Below are positions 6,100-14,492 of a stretch of 45,333 nt of DNA, one piece after another. Below the pieces are notes generated by a model, which worked only from the letters and a program-made list of their open reading frames with translations, made no database searches and was not told the DNA's origin. The stretch is taken from the NCBI GenBank assembly GCA_011046295.1, contig DSAV01000102.1, positions 1 through 45,333 of the forward strand. The letters run 5' to 3'. Made by a program: the position numbers and the translations under genes. Source of the stretch: Deltaproteobacteria bacterium (GTDB taxonomy: Bacteria; Desulfobacterota; Syntrophia; Syntrophales; Smithellaceae). Every line of letters begins with the position of its first letter. The first letter of the stretch is position 1.

Positions 6100-8430
6100 A
6101 TGCGTAAACCAGGTTCATATTCTGCCGGCGCGCAAAAAGATACTCTTTCCAGCGCGCCACAAGTAGAAGAGCTTCTGAAAAATTTAGAATTTCACAAATC
6201 AATTCAAAATATCAACAACCGCATAAACAGCGCGGAAAACATAAAAGAAATAATTGTAGACATTAAAGAAGAGATAAGAAAACTTTTTAATATCGACATC
6301 CTGACAATTTACGCCTTTGACAAAGCGAAAAAAGAACTTTATACCATCCGCCAGGAAGGAGATAATGTCCAGGATATTCGCTTGCTCGTAAATAACTCCT
6401 CAGTCGCCGGTTACGCAGCAAACAACAAGCGGACAATATTGATAAACGACGTCTATGACGAACGTGAGCTGAAAAGATTCAGCGATCAATTAAAATATGA
6501 CCGCACATCGGACAGACAAAGAGGAGTATTGACCGGCCAGGTTCTGGCGATTCCCATCATGTATGACCGTAATATCATGGGAGTGCTGGAAGTGATGACC
6601 CAAAAAGGTGGAGATAAAATAGAAGACTACCGCCAGATTTTTCTTGACGAAATATGTAATGTGCTCGGAATTGCCTTTTACAATCAGGAAAAGTTCAGCA
6701 AGCAGCGCCCCCATTCCAAATTTGATTATTTGATCAGGCAGGGTCGCGTTACCCAGGCGCAAATCGATAAAGTCACGGAAGAAGCGCGTGAAAAAAAAGA
6801 ACCAATTGAAAATATCCTCATTAGTAAATACGAAATCAACAAAGAAGAAGTCGGCATGTGTCTGGCCGAATATCATAATTGCGAATTTATTACCTATAAC
6901 GATAAAATACCTATTCCCGGAGACCTGCTGAAAAATCTCAAAAGGCCTTATTTAAGGCGTGAAATATGGGTTCCGCTGGAAAGGATTGACGGAAAAATCA
7001 GAGTTCTTGTTGATGATCCGACAAATATTATCAAAAAAGATACCATCGAAAATCTCTTAAAGACCAAACAAATCAGATACGATGTTTCGTTTGCCGAAGA
7101 TATTTTGAGATACATCGACCGTTTTTTTGCGGCGCCTCAGGATAGCGCCTCCATAGATGAGATAATCGGGAAGCTGGACCAGGACGAAGAGGTTTACGAA
7201 GAAGAAGACGGCGAAGTCATCACCGAATCACATAGTGTCATCATGCAGTTGGTAAACAAACTCATTAATGAAGCTTATGCCCGCCGCGCATCCGACATAC
7301 ATATTGAGCCGAATACGGACACAAAAAATGTCGATGTCCGTTACCGCGTGGACGGAGAATGCTCGTTGTATCAAACTCTTCCCTACAGTTACCGCGCGGC
7401 AGTTGTTTCCCGCATAAAGATCATGTCCAACCTGGATATTACCGTTAAAAGATTGCCTCAGGATGGAAAAATCAAGTACCGGCGGGCGGGAAGCGAAGAG
7501 CTGGAATTGCGCGTTGCCACCATTCCAACCCAGGGAGGCGTGGAAGATATTGTCATACGTATCCTGGCCAAAGGAACAACCATGCCCCTGGATTCGATTG
7601 CCTTGTCTGAACGCAATTACAAGGAACTGTTCAAAATATTGGAACAACCATACGGAATGATTTTGTGCGTGGGGCCTACCGGCTCCGGAAAAACAACCAC
7701 CCTGCATGCCGGCCTCAAGCATATCAACACCCCGGGCCGCAAAATATGGACGGCGGAAGACCCGGTGGAAATAACCCAACATGGGCTGCGACAGGTTCAG
7801 GTGCAGCCGAAAATAGGCTTTGATTTTGCCGCAGCCATGCGTTCTTTTTTGCGCGCGGACCCGGATGTTATTATGGTTGGCGAAATGCGCGATTTTGAAA
7901 CAGCGAAAATCGGCGTGGAAGCATCGCTTACCGGCCATCTCGTTCTCAGCACACTGCACACAAACAGCGCGCCGGAAACCATTGTTCGTCTTTTGGATAT
8001 GGGCATTGATCCGTTAAATTTCGCCGACGCTTTGTTGGGCATCCTGGCACAAAGACTGGTGCGGACACTTTGCAAAAAATGCAAGGAAGCGTACAACCCA
8101 AGCAAAGAAGAATACGAGGAAATTGCCGAGATATACGGGAAAAAAGCCTTTGATAAGTTGAATATTCGTTATTCAAGCGATTTTAAGCTTTACAAACCTA
8201 AGGGCTGCGAAGCGTGCGGCAACACGGGATACATGGGCCGCATGGGTATCCATGAACTTCTTGTCGCCTCAGATAACATTAAAAGAATGATTCAAAGACA
8301 CGAAAATGCGGAAATTATTCGCGAAGCTGCTATTGAGGAAGGAATGACCACGCTTTTGCAAGATGGCCTGCAAAAAACCCTGCAAGGCCATACTGACGTA
8401 AAGCAGGTAAGACGGGTTTGCATAAAATAA
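6100..8430 (+). CDS. GAF domain - T2SSE_N domain - type II/IV secretion ATPase (PilB/GspE family)
   Basis: The N-terminal ~200 aa are GAF-like (ILTIYAFD...VAGYAANNKRTILINDVYDE...AIPIMYDRNIMGVLEVM). The middle region is GspE_N/MshEN-like (FDYLIRQGRVTQAQIDKV...). The ATPase core has Walker A GPTGSGKTTT, the Asp/His boxes (MVGEMRD, LSTLHTN) and a tetracysteine CKKC...CEAC motif. Confidence 0.85.
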   Translation: MRKPGSYSAGAQKDTLSSAPQVEELLKNLEFHKSIQNINNRINSAENIKEIIVDIKEEIRKLFNIDILTIYAFDKAKKELYTIRQEGDNVQDIRLLVNNSSVAGYAANNKRTILINDVYDERELKRFSDQLKYDRTSDRQRGVLTGQVLAIPIMYDRNIMGVLEVMTQKGGDKIEDYRQIFLDEICNVLGIAFYNQEKFSKQRPHSKFDYLIRQGRVTQAQIDKVTEEAREKKEPIENILISKYEINKEEVGMCLAEYHNCEFITYNDKIPIPGDLLKNLKRPYLRREIWVPLERIDGKIRVLVDDPTNIIKKDTIENLLKTKQIRYDVSFAEDILRYIDRFFAAPQDSASIDEIIGKLDQDEEVYEEEDGEVITESHSVIMQLVNKLINEAYARRASDIHIEPNTDTKNVDVRYRVDGECSLYQTLPYSYRAAVVSRIKIMSNLDITVKRLPQDGKIKYRRAGSEELELRVATIPTQGGVEDIVIRILAKGTTMPLDSIALSERNYKELFKILEQPYGMILCVGPTGSGKTTTLHAGLKHINTPGRKIWTAEDPVEITQHGLRQVQVQPKIGFDFAAAMRSFLRADPDVIMVGEMRDFETAKIGVEASLTGHLVLSTLHTNSAPETIVRLLDMGIDPLNFADALLGILAQRLVRTLCKKCKEAYNPSKEEYEEIAEIYGKKAFDKLNIRYSSDFKLYKPKGCEACGNTGYMGRMGIHELLVASDNIKRMIQRHENAEIIREAAIEEGMTTLLQDGLQKTLQGHTDVKQVRRVCIK

Positions 8431-8512
8431 AAGGGCATATAAAAGTATTACGTCCAAATACGCAGATATTTTCACTGCCCGGCATTTTACTTAAAACATT
8501 TGTTCGGCATCA

Positions 8513-9049
8513 CTAAAAATAATCTGCCGAGAAGACGAAAATCTTTGTTTCTTTTTCCTTCCAGGCATCCGGCGGAAGCCCTGCCTTGTAACAAGTTTCC
8601 CGTAAAAATGTTTCTCTATCCCATCCTTGTTCTATCGCTACCTGGGGCAACAATAATCCGGAGTTATAACCTCGCATAAGATATAAGCCGTGAATGCCTA
8701 CTTTAATCGCATCAATCTCTTCAATTTGTTTCAGCGGACTTAAAACAGAAATCTCAACCGTCAAATCAGGAAGTTCTTCCGGCTTCAGCGAGGGAAATCT
8801 CGGATCATGAAACGCCGCCGCCACAGCCATTTCCTGCACAGTCTCCCAAAGCGGCTTAACCGCCTTTATGTATCCGATGCACCCGCGTAAATGGCCGCTC
8901 TTTTTTATGGTAACAAAAGCGCCGCTCTTTTTATTAAGCGCCTTGGATTCCACGGTTAATTTAGGCATTTCCTTGCTGTTAACCTTGGCGGCAATTGTTT
9001 TTTTTACGATATCCAAAAGGAAGTCTTTTTCTTTCTGAGTCAATTCCAT
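8513..9049 (-). CDS. AMMECR1 domain protein (AmmeMemoRadiSam system protein A)
   Basis: GAFVTIKKSGHLRGCIGYI and HDPRFP motifs are typical of AMMECR1. 178 aa. Confidence 0.85.
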   Translation of the reverse strand: MELTQKEKDFLLDIVKKTIAAKVNSKEMPKLTVESKALNKKSGAFVTIKKSGHLRGCIGYIKAVKPLWETVQEMAVAAAFHDPRFPSLKPEELPDLTVEISVLSPLKQIEEIDAIKVGIHGLYLMRGYNSGLLLPQVAIEQGWDRETFLRETCYKAGLPPDAWKEKETKIFVFSADYF

Positions 9050-9227
9050 GTTGTCATCATCTTAAATATTTTTTTAGTGTAAAATAATTTGTTATTTATA
9101 TTAAAAAATTATCCTTAAAACAAACACGTGAACAATGCTTAATATTTAGCGGATATTATTATAACCTGAGAACTTCAAGATTAGGAAACGCGCAAATAAA
9201 AATATACACCGCCCTTCACAACATATT

Positions 9228-10055
9228 TTACAGATAATAAACAGCTGCCGCGTACCCGACAACAGAGCTTTTATCACCGCTTACATCCCCGGAATCAGCA
9301 TATTTTAATACATGTGATTTTGTCGCCCCCATCTTTTGCGCTACCATTATCGCTGTCGCCATAGGGCCTCCTCCACAGGCCTCGACCGAATTATCATTCA
9401 AACTTCTGAGCAAACCATTGGCATCGGCTTTTTCCAGGTATTTAACGGCATGATTATCTAGCCTTGCTGCTTTTCGATAATCGTGAAAATGAGATAAATC
9501 AGAACTTCCCACAATCAGAATTTTCTTTCCACGCGCGGCTTGCTTAATTGCTTCAGCAAGTTCGCGGCAGATAGTTTCGTTTTGCTCACCCATTACCAAT
9601 GGGACAAAGGAAAAATCACCCAACGCAAACTGCAAAAAGGGTAGTTGAATTTCAATGGAATGCTCCTGCAGGTGCGCGGCGGGCACATCCCGTATGGAAT
9701 CGTTCAAAGACATAATTTTATGGCAAAACTGCTCATCGACAGGAACAATACCCAAAGGAGTTTCATAACCGCCCGAGGGATAAACGGAAACACCGGGAAA
9801 AGCAACCCGGTGACTCGGACCGACGATAATTACAGTGTCATACTCCTTGCTGCTGACAAGTTTATAGGCATGCGCCGCGACTTGCCCCGAATACATATAG
9901 CCGGCATGCGGCGCGACGATACCTTTGATTTCTCCGTTCAATGGAAAATCTGCCACTGAATTAAAATATTTTTCAATATCTTTTCGTAAAGCATCCGGCT
10001 GCCCCGGATACCAGGAGCCCGCTATAACCGCTTTTCTTACTGCCTGTATCTCCAT
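9228..10055 (-). CDS. MEMO1-family protein (AmmeMemoRadiSam system protein B)
   Basis: AGSWYP...IVAPHAGYMYSG...GPSH...SSDLSH motifs of the Memo/extradiol-dioxygenase-like family. 275 aa. It starts 15 nt after the upstream fusion gene. Confidence 0.85.
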   Translation of the reverse strand: MEIQAVRKAVIAGSWYPGQPDALRKDIEKYFNSVADFPLNGEIKGIVAPHAGYMYSGQVAAHAYKLVSSKEYDTVIIVGPSHRVAFPGVSVYPSGGYETPLGIVPVDEQFCHKIMSLNDSIRDVPAAHLQEHSIEIQLPFLQFALGDFSFVPLVMGEQNETICRELAEAIKQAARGKKILIVGSSDLSHFHDYRKAARLDNHAVKYLEKADANGLLRSLNDNSVEACGGGPMATAIMVAQKMGATKSHVLKYADSGDVSGDKSSVVGYAAAVYYL

Positions 10056-10070
10056 GCCAGATCACCCTTT

Positions 10071-12419
10071 TTACCTAAAACGCCAGATTACCCCCTGGGG
10101 TGTATCCAAAACATCAACTCCCAGACTCAGAAGTTCGTGACGCAGTTTATCCGCTTCCGGCCAATTATGCCGGCTTCTTGCTTCACTTCTTTTTGCGATA
10201 AGTTCCTTTATTTTTCTGACTTCAGCGCTGGCTGCCTTTGTTTTAAAATCCATAACTCCCAAGACTTCATTGATATTTTCTAATATTTTAAGTGCCTTTT
10301 TTGCGTCTGCTTTGCCTAGCAACCCTTTTGCCAGCAGATTATTAATCTTCCCCATAAATTCGAAAATAGCAGCCAGAGCTCCGGCAATGTTTAAATCGTC
10401 GTCCATGGCCACTTCGAATCCGATTTTCAAATCGTATATCCACTGGTTAATTTCGGCAAACTCGTCTTTGCCGCTATCCACGGAGATCAGCCGGTAAATA
10501 AAAGTATTAATTTTTTTAACGGTGTTTTTCGCCGCCGCTAATGCCTCTTGTGAAAAACTAATTGGTTTACGGTAATTGACCCCCAGCAGGAAAAATCTGA
10601 TATCTGGACCACGATAGCCATTTTGCCTTAACTTGCTCAACACAACAGTATTGTCCAATGAACGCGACATTTTTTTGCCGTTAATCAATACCATCTCGGC
10701 ATTGATCCAGTAATTTGCGCCGCTGTTGCCCGTAAAAGCCTTATTAATAGCCAGAATATTTTCTCCGTGCGGAAAAGTCTCGTCAACTCCGCCTATGTTA
10801 ATATCATAAATCGGCCCCAAATATTTCTGTGTAACGGACACGCATCCCAAATGCCAGGAAGGCCTCACGCTGCCCCAGCGCGTGTTATAATATATGCCTC
10901 TTTTCAGTTCGTTTAGGTTTGACCTCTTCAACAAGGCAAAGTCGGCAGGACTGTCTTTGTCATAATCATCAAGGTCAATGGATTTTCCCTGCCTCGTTTT
11001 CGACAAATCTATATTGGAAAGAGTTCCATAATCCGGAAGCTTGGAAATATCGTAATAAACAGAGCGCAGCTTTTCATAAGCGAAATTTTTTTCGGCCAGC
11101 CTGTCGACAATTTTGAGCATTTCATCGATATTTTTCGATGCTTTAACATAAGTATTTTCCTCGCGTATATTCAAAAAAGCCACGTCTTCCAGAAACATCC
11201 GCTCATACTTATCGGAATAAGCCGTTAAGTTCATCGAAGCATTATCCGAACCCTTGATTGATTTATCCGTAATGTCGACTATGTCCACAACGTGTTTTAC
11301 CACAAAACCTTTGTATGCCAGATAGCGGCAAATCATGTCCGCCACGATAAAACGCCGGTAATTTCCGAGGTGAGGCTCATCATAAACGGTTGGGCCGCAG
11401 GTGTGCACCGTTATCTCCCCCGGCTTAACCGGCTTAAATATTGTTTTTTGACGACTAGTAATATTATAAAGGGAAAAAGAAGGAAGCTCTTCTTTAAAAG
11501 CAAAGAGCTCAGTGGTCAAATACCTTTCTCCGCTGTCAGGAAAGATGACCACTATGACTCCTTCTTGCATTTTTCTTGCTTCCTGCGCGGCAACAAACAT
11601 GGCCGCACCGGAACTCATACCCCCCAATATTCCTTCTTCACGCGCAAGCCTGCGGGCCATTTCAAATGCGTCTTCGTCCAGAATATTGACTTTTTCATCA
11701 AGCAAAGTTTTATCAAATATCCCCGGGCGATAAGATTCCTTCATATTTTTCAGCCCCTGAATCTTATGCTTTAAATAAGGTTCAACGCCGATGATTCTGA
11801 TGCCGGGGTTTAATTCTTTCAAGCGCTTGGACAGCCCCATGGCCGTCCCCGTTGTGCCCAGAGTTGCAACCACCGCGGTAACTTTACTTTTAGTTTGCTG
11901 CCATATTTCCTGGGCGGTACCGTGATAGTGAGCAGCGATATTATCCGTGTTATTGAACTGGTCAGTACCGAAGTATTTCTCCGGATTTTCACGCAATAAC
12001 TTATAAACATATTCAATAGAGCCGTCCGTACCAAGATTAGCGGGCGTAAAATGAAGCTCGGCGCCCATGGCCTTGAGAATTTTTTTTCTTTCTTCGCTGG
12101 CAGACTCCGGCATGGCCAGACTCAACCTGTATCCTTTGGCCGCGGCAATCATCGCCAGGCCTATCCCCGTATTTCCGCTGGTCGCTTCCAGAATAATTTT
12201 ATCAGGCGTGAGGTCCCCTCTTTCCTCCGCGCCTTTAATCATAAAAAGAGCCGTGCGGTCCTTAATTGAGCCTCCGGGATTCGCGCTCTCTAATTTGGCA
12301 AATATTTTTACTTTTTTATTGGGATTAAGTCTTCTGATTTCCACCAGCGGCGTGTTGCCGATGCCTTCAATGATATTTCCTAATAATTTTCGCATAAACT
12401 TGTAACTGAATCCGTACAA
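10071..12419 (-). CDS. fusion of PLP-dependent cysteine synthase (CysK/CysM-like, aa ~10-305) to a full-length cysteinyl-tRNA synthetase-like enzyme (aa ~315-782)
   Basis: The N-terminal half has GNTPLVEI, ESANPGGSIKDR (PLP lysine), SGNTG and GTTGT. The C-terminal half begins like a complete CysRS (LYNITSRQKTIFKPVKPGEITVHTCGPTVYD). It carries WHLGC, KMSRS, MDDDLN and a terminal DTPQGVIWRFR. It is a single uninterrupted 782-aa ORF. Confidence 0.85.
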   Translation of the reverse strand: MYGFSYKFMRKLLGNIIEGIGNTPLVEIRRLNPNKKVKIFAKLESANPGGSIKDRTALFMIKGAEERGDLTPDKIILEATSGNTGIGLAMIAAAKGYRLSLAMPESASEERKKILKAMGAELHFTPANLGTDGSIEYVYKLLRENPEKYFGTDQFNNTDNIAAHYHGTAQEIWQQTKSKVTAVVATLGTTGTAMGLSKRLKELNPGIRIIGVEPYLKHKIQGLKNMKESYRPGIFDKTLLDEKVNILDEDAFEMARRLAREEGILGGMSSGAAMFVAAQEARKMQEGVIVVIFPDSGERYLTTELFAFKEELPSFSLYNITSRQKTIFKPVKPGEITVHTCGPTVYDEPHLGNYRRFIVADMICRYLAYKGFVVKHVVDIVDITDKSIKGSDNASMNLTAYSDKYERMFLEDVAFLNIREENTYVKASKNIDEMLKIVDRLAEKNFAYEKLRSVYYDISKLPDYGTLSNIDLSKTRQGKSIDLDDYDKDSPADFALLKRSNLNELKRGIYYNTRWGSVRPSWHLGCVSVTQKYLGPIYDINIGGVDETFPHGENILAINKAFTGNSGANYWINAEMVLINGKKMSRSLDNTVVLSKLRQNGYRGPDIRFFLLGVNYRKPISFSQEALAAAKNTVKKINTFIYRLISVDSGKDEFAEINQWIYDLKIGFEVAMDDDLNIAGALAAIFEFMGKINNLLAKGLLGKADAKKALKILENINEVLGVMDFKTKAASAEVRKIKELIAKRSEARSRHNWPEADKLRHELLSLGVDVLDTPQGVIWRFR

Positions 12420-12470
12420 TATTTTTAATCAGGTATACGCGCATGAAAACCAGGTAATGAAAAATATGGG

Positions 12471-12914
12471 TTAACTATCCATTTTAAACGCCGGAATTTT
12501 GATAAAATGGACGCCTTCTTCCTTTAAGTTTTCTTCCTCCTGGGCAGTTGTTGTGCCTTTTATATTGCGCTTTTCTTCCTCCCCGGAATGAATCTTTAAC
12601 GCAACTTCGGCAAATTTATTACCCACGTCTTCAAAATTTTTATCTACATACTGGTGCAGTACCTGCAAGGCTTTAAGAGGAGAAATTTCTTTTTCCTGAA
12701 GCTTGCCTGCCGCGCGCGAATCCTTTCCCATGATAGTGATAGAAGAAGGAACTATATCTATATTCGAGCTGTTGCAAACCGGGCATGAAATAAGCTTTTG
12801 CGAATTTTGCGAATTCCATGCCTGCCGGTCTTTAAACCATCCTTCAAATTTATGGTTTTTTTCGCATTTTAAATCGTAGATAATCACTTTATTGATACTC
12901 CTGAAAATTAACAC
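12471..12914 (-). CDS. DUF1178 family zinc-ribbon protein
   Basis: IIYDLKCEKNHKFEGWF...CPVCNS is the DUF1178 N-terminal signature. The true start is probably the GTG at 12887 (VIIYDL...). Confidence 0.6.
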   Translation of the reverse strand: MLIFRSINKVIIYDLKCEKNHKFEGWFKDRQAWNSQNSQKLISCPVCNSSNIDIVPSSITIMGKDSRAAGKLQEKEISPLKALQVLHQYVDKNFEDVGNKFAEVALKIHSGEEEKRNIKGTTTAQEEENLKEEGVHFIKIPAFKMDS

Positions 12915-13065
12915 ACTTTAAGCTTAACACTTTGCCACCTAAAATACAATTTGCTATATTAAAAAGAAAATGTGCAAGTCGCTTGGATAATTTTCACAAA
13001 CATTAACACTCAGCAAATAAAAAAGTGGACAATTGAAAATAAATCTTATATCTTGCCTGCCGTGT

Positions 13066-13142
13066 CGGGATGTGGCCCAGCCTGGTAGGGCACTGCGTTC
13101 GGGACGCAGGAGTCGCGCGTTCAAATCGCGCCATCCCGACCA
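13066..13142 (+). tRNA. tRNA-Pro (anticodon CGG)
   Basis: 77-nt cloverleaf. Acceptor CGGGATG/CATCCCG, D-arm GCCC-AGCCTGGTA-GGGC, anticodon arm CTGCG-TTCGGGA-CGCAG (CGG at positions 34-36) and T-arm GCGCG-TTCAAAT-CGCGC. Discriminator A with encoded CCA. It closely parallels E. coli proline tRNA. Confidence 0.9.
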
Positions 13143-13176
13143 TTTCTACGCCATTATCAGCAACATCTCGTTTATT

Positions 13177-14385
13177 TCAGCCGACGACAGACGCCATTCT
13201 GAAGATGGGCAGGTACATGGCAATAATCATACTCCCAACAAGTCCGCCCAAAAAAACAATCATCAAAGGCTCCATAAGCGTCGTCATGGCGCTTACCGTG
13301 GCATCCACCTCGTCATCATAAAAATCAGCTATTTTGCTGAGCATGGCATCAAGCGCGCCCGTCGCCTCTCCCACGGCAATCATTTGCACGACCATGGGAG
13401 GAAATATGGTTGATTGTTCCAACGGCTCCGCGATGGATTGACCTTCACTGATACTCCGGCGTGTTTTCATCAGCGCATCTTCAACAACAACATTGCCGGA
13501 GGTTTTACTGACTATATTTAACCCTTCGAGTATCGGCACGCCGGAAGAGAGCATGGTAGAAAGCGTACGGGAAAATTTCGCCACCGCGACCTTCCTGAGC
13601 AGGTCTCCAAAAAGCGGAAGCTTCAACAACAGGGAATCCATCATCCAACGCCCCTTTTCTGTTTTATAGAACCTGTTGAAAGCAATGTATATCAAAAACA
13701 TAATGGCCAAAATAAACCACCAATAGCTTTGAGCGAAGTTGCTGGCCGCTATTAACACTAATGTGGGGCCGGGCAATTCGCTACCCAAGCCCTTGAACAT
13801 GTTCTCAAACACGGGAATTACTTTGATAAGCAATACGGCAACCACGCCAAGAGAAATGACCAGAACGGCCACCGGATACACCATGGCGCCCTTTACCTTG
13901 CTTTTGAGCTTCATGGCTTTTTCCATATAGCTGGATAAACGCTCCAAAACCACGTCCAAAACGCCCCCCGCTTCACCGGCGGCGATCAGGTTAACGAACA
14001 GCTCATCAAATACCTTGGGATATTTCTTCAACGCATCGGTTAAACTGGTGCCACCTTCTATATCTTCCTTCAATGCATGAATAATTTTGGCAAAAGTTTT
14101 ATTGCTTTCCTGCTGCGACAGCAGGTCCAAGCACTGAATAAGCGGAAGCCCCGCATTTATCATCGTGGAAAAAATACGGCAAAAAACAACAACATTTTTT
14201 TCTTTTACTCCAGGCGCCAAAAAAGGCAGATACTCTTCAATATCTTTGGGCTTCTTTTTGATTTCAATTGATTTAAATCCTTGACGGCGCAAAAGGCCAC
14301 GCAAGGCGAGTTCATCGGTCGCCTCCATTTCTCCTTTTTTTGTCTCGTTTTTTCTTGTTGTTCCTTCCCAGATATAAACCGGCAT
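13177..14385 (-). CDS. pilC: type IV pilus assembly platform protein PilC (GspF family)
   Basis: 402 aa with two T2SSF repeats (FCRIFSTMINAGLPLIQCL and FSRTLSTMLSSGVPILEGL), three TM segments, and AAGEAGG / AVGEATG motifs. Confidence 0.85.
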   Translation of the reverse strand: MPVYIWEGTTRKNETKKGEMEATDELALRGLLRRQGFKSIEIKKKPKDIEEYLPFLAPGVKEKNVVVFCRIFSTMINAGLPLIQCLDLLSQQESNKTFAKIIHALKEDIEGGTSLTDALKKYPKVFDELFVNLIAAGEAGGVLDVVLERLSSYMEKAMKLKSKVKGAMVYPVAVLVISLGVVAVLLIKVIPVFENMFKGLGSELPGPTLVLIAASNFAQSYWWFILAIMFLIYIAFNRFYKTEKGRWMMDSLLLKLPLFGDLLRKVAVAKFSRTLSTMLSSGVPILEGLNIVSKTSGNVVVEDALMKTRRSISEGQSIAEPLEQSTIFPPMVVQMIAVGEATGALDAMLSKIADFYDDEVDATVSAMTTLMEPLMIVFLGGLVGSMIIAMYLPIFRMASVVG

Positions 14386-14492
14386 TTTTTATATCCTTTC
14401 TTTTATTGCGACATCAAAAGTTTTTTTATTATAAGACATCTTTAATCTAAACTCAACAGGTTAAAAACTGGGTTTTAATTACTCATAATTTT

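Noticed and set aside
7228-7959. A 243-aa antisense ORF inside the PilB-like ATPase gene, along with similar long antisense ORFs inside ftsK, cysK-cysS, pyrF and the aldolase gene.
   Set aside because: The sense strands carry unmistakable conserved motifs. The antisense translations are Cys/Arg/His/Phe-rich with no recognisable domains.
13033-13413. Plus-strand ORFs (126 aa at 13033..13413 and 83 aa at 13070..13321) overlapping the tRNA-Pro gene and the 3' end of pilC.
   Set aside because: They span a clear tRNA and run antisense to a strongly supported pilC. Their composition is typical of an antisense frame.
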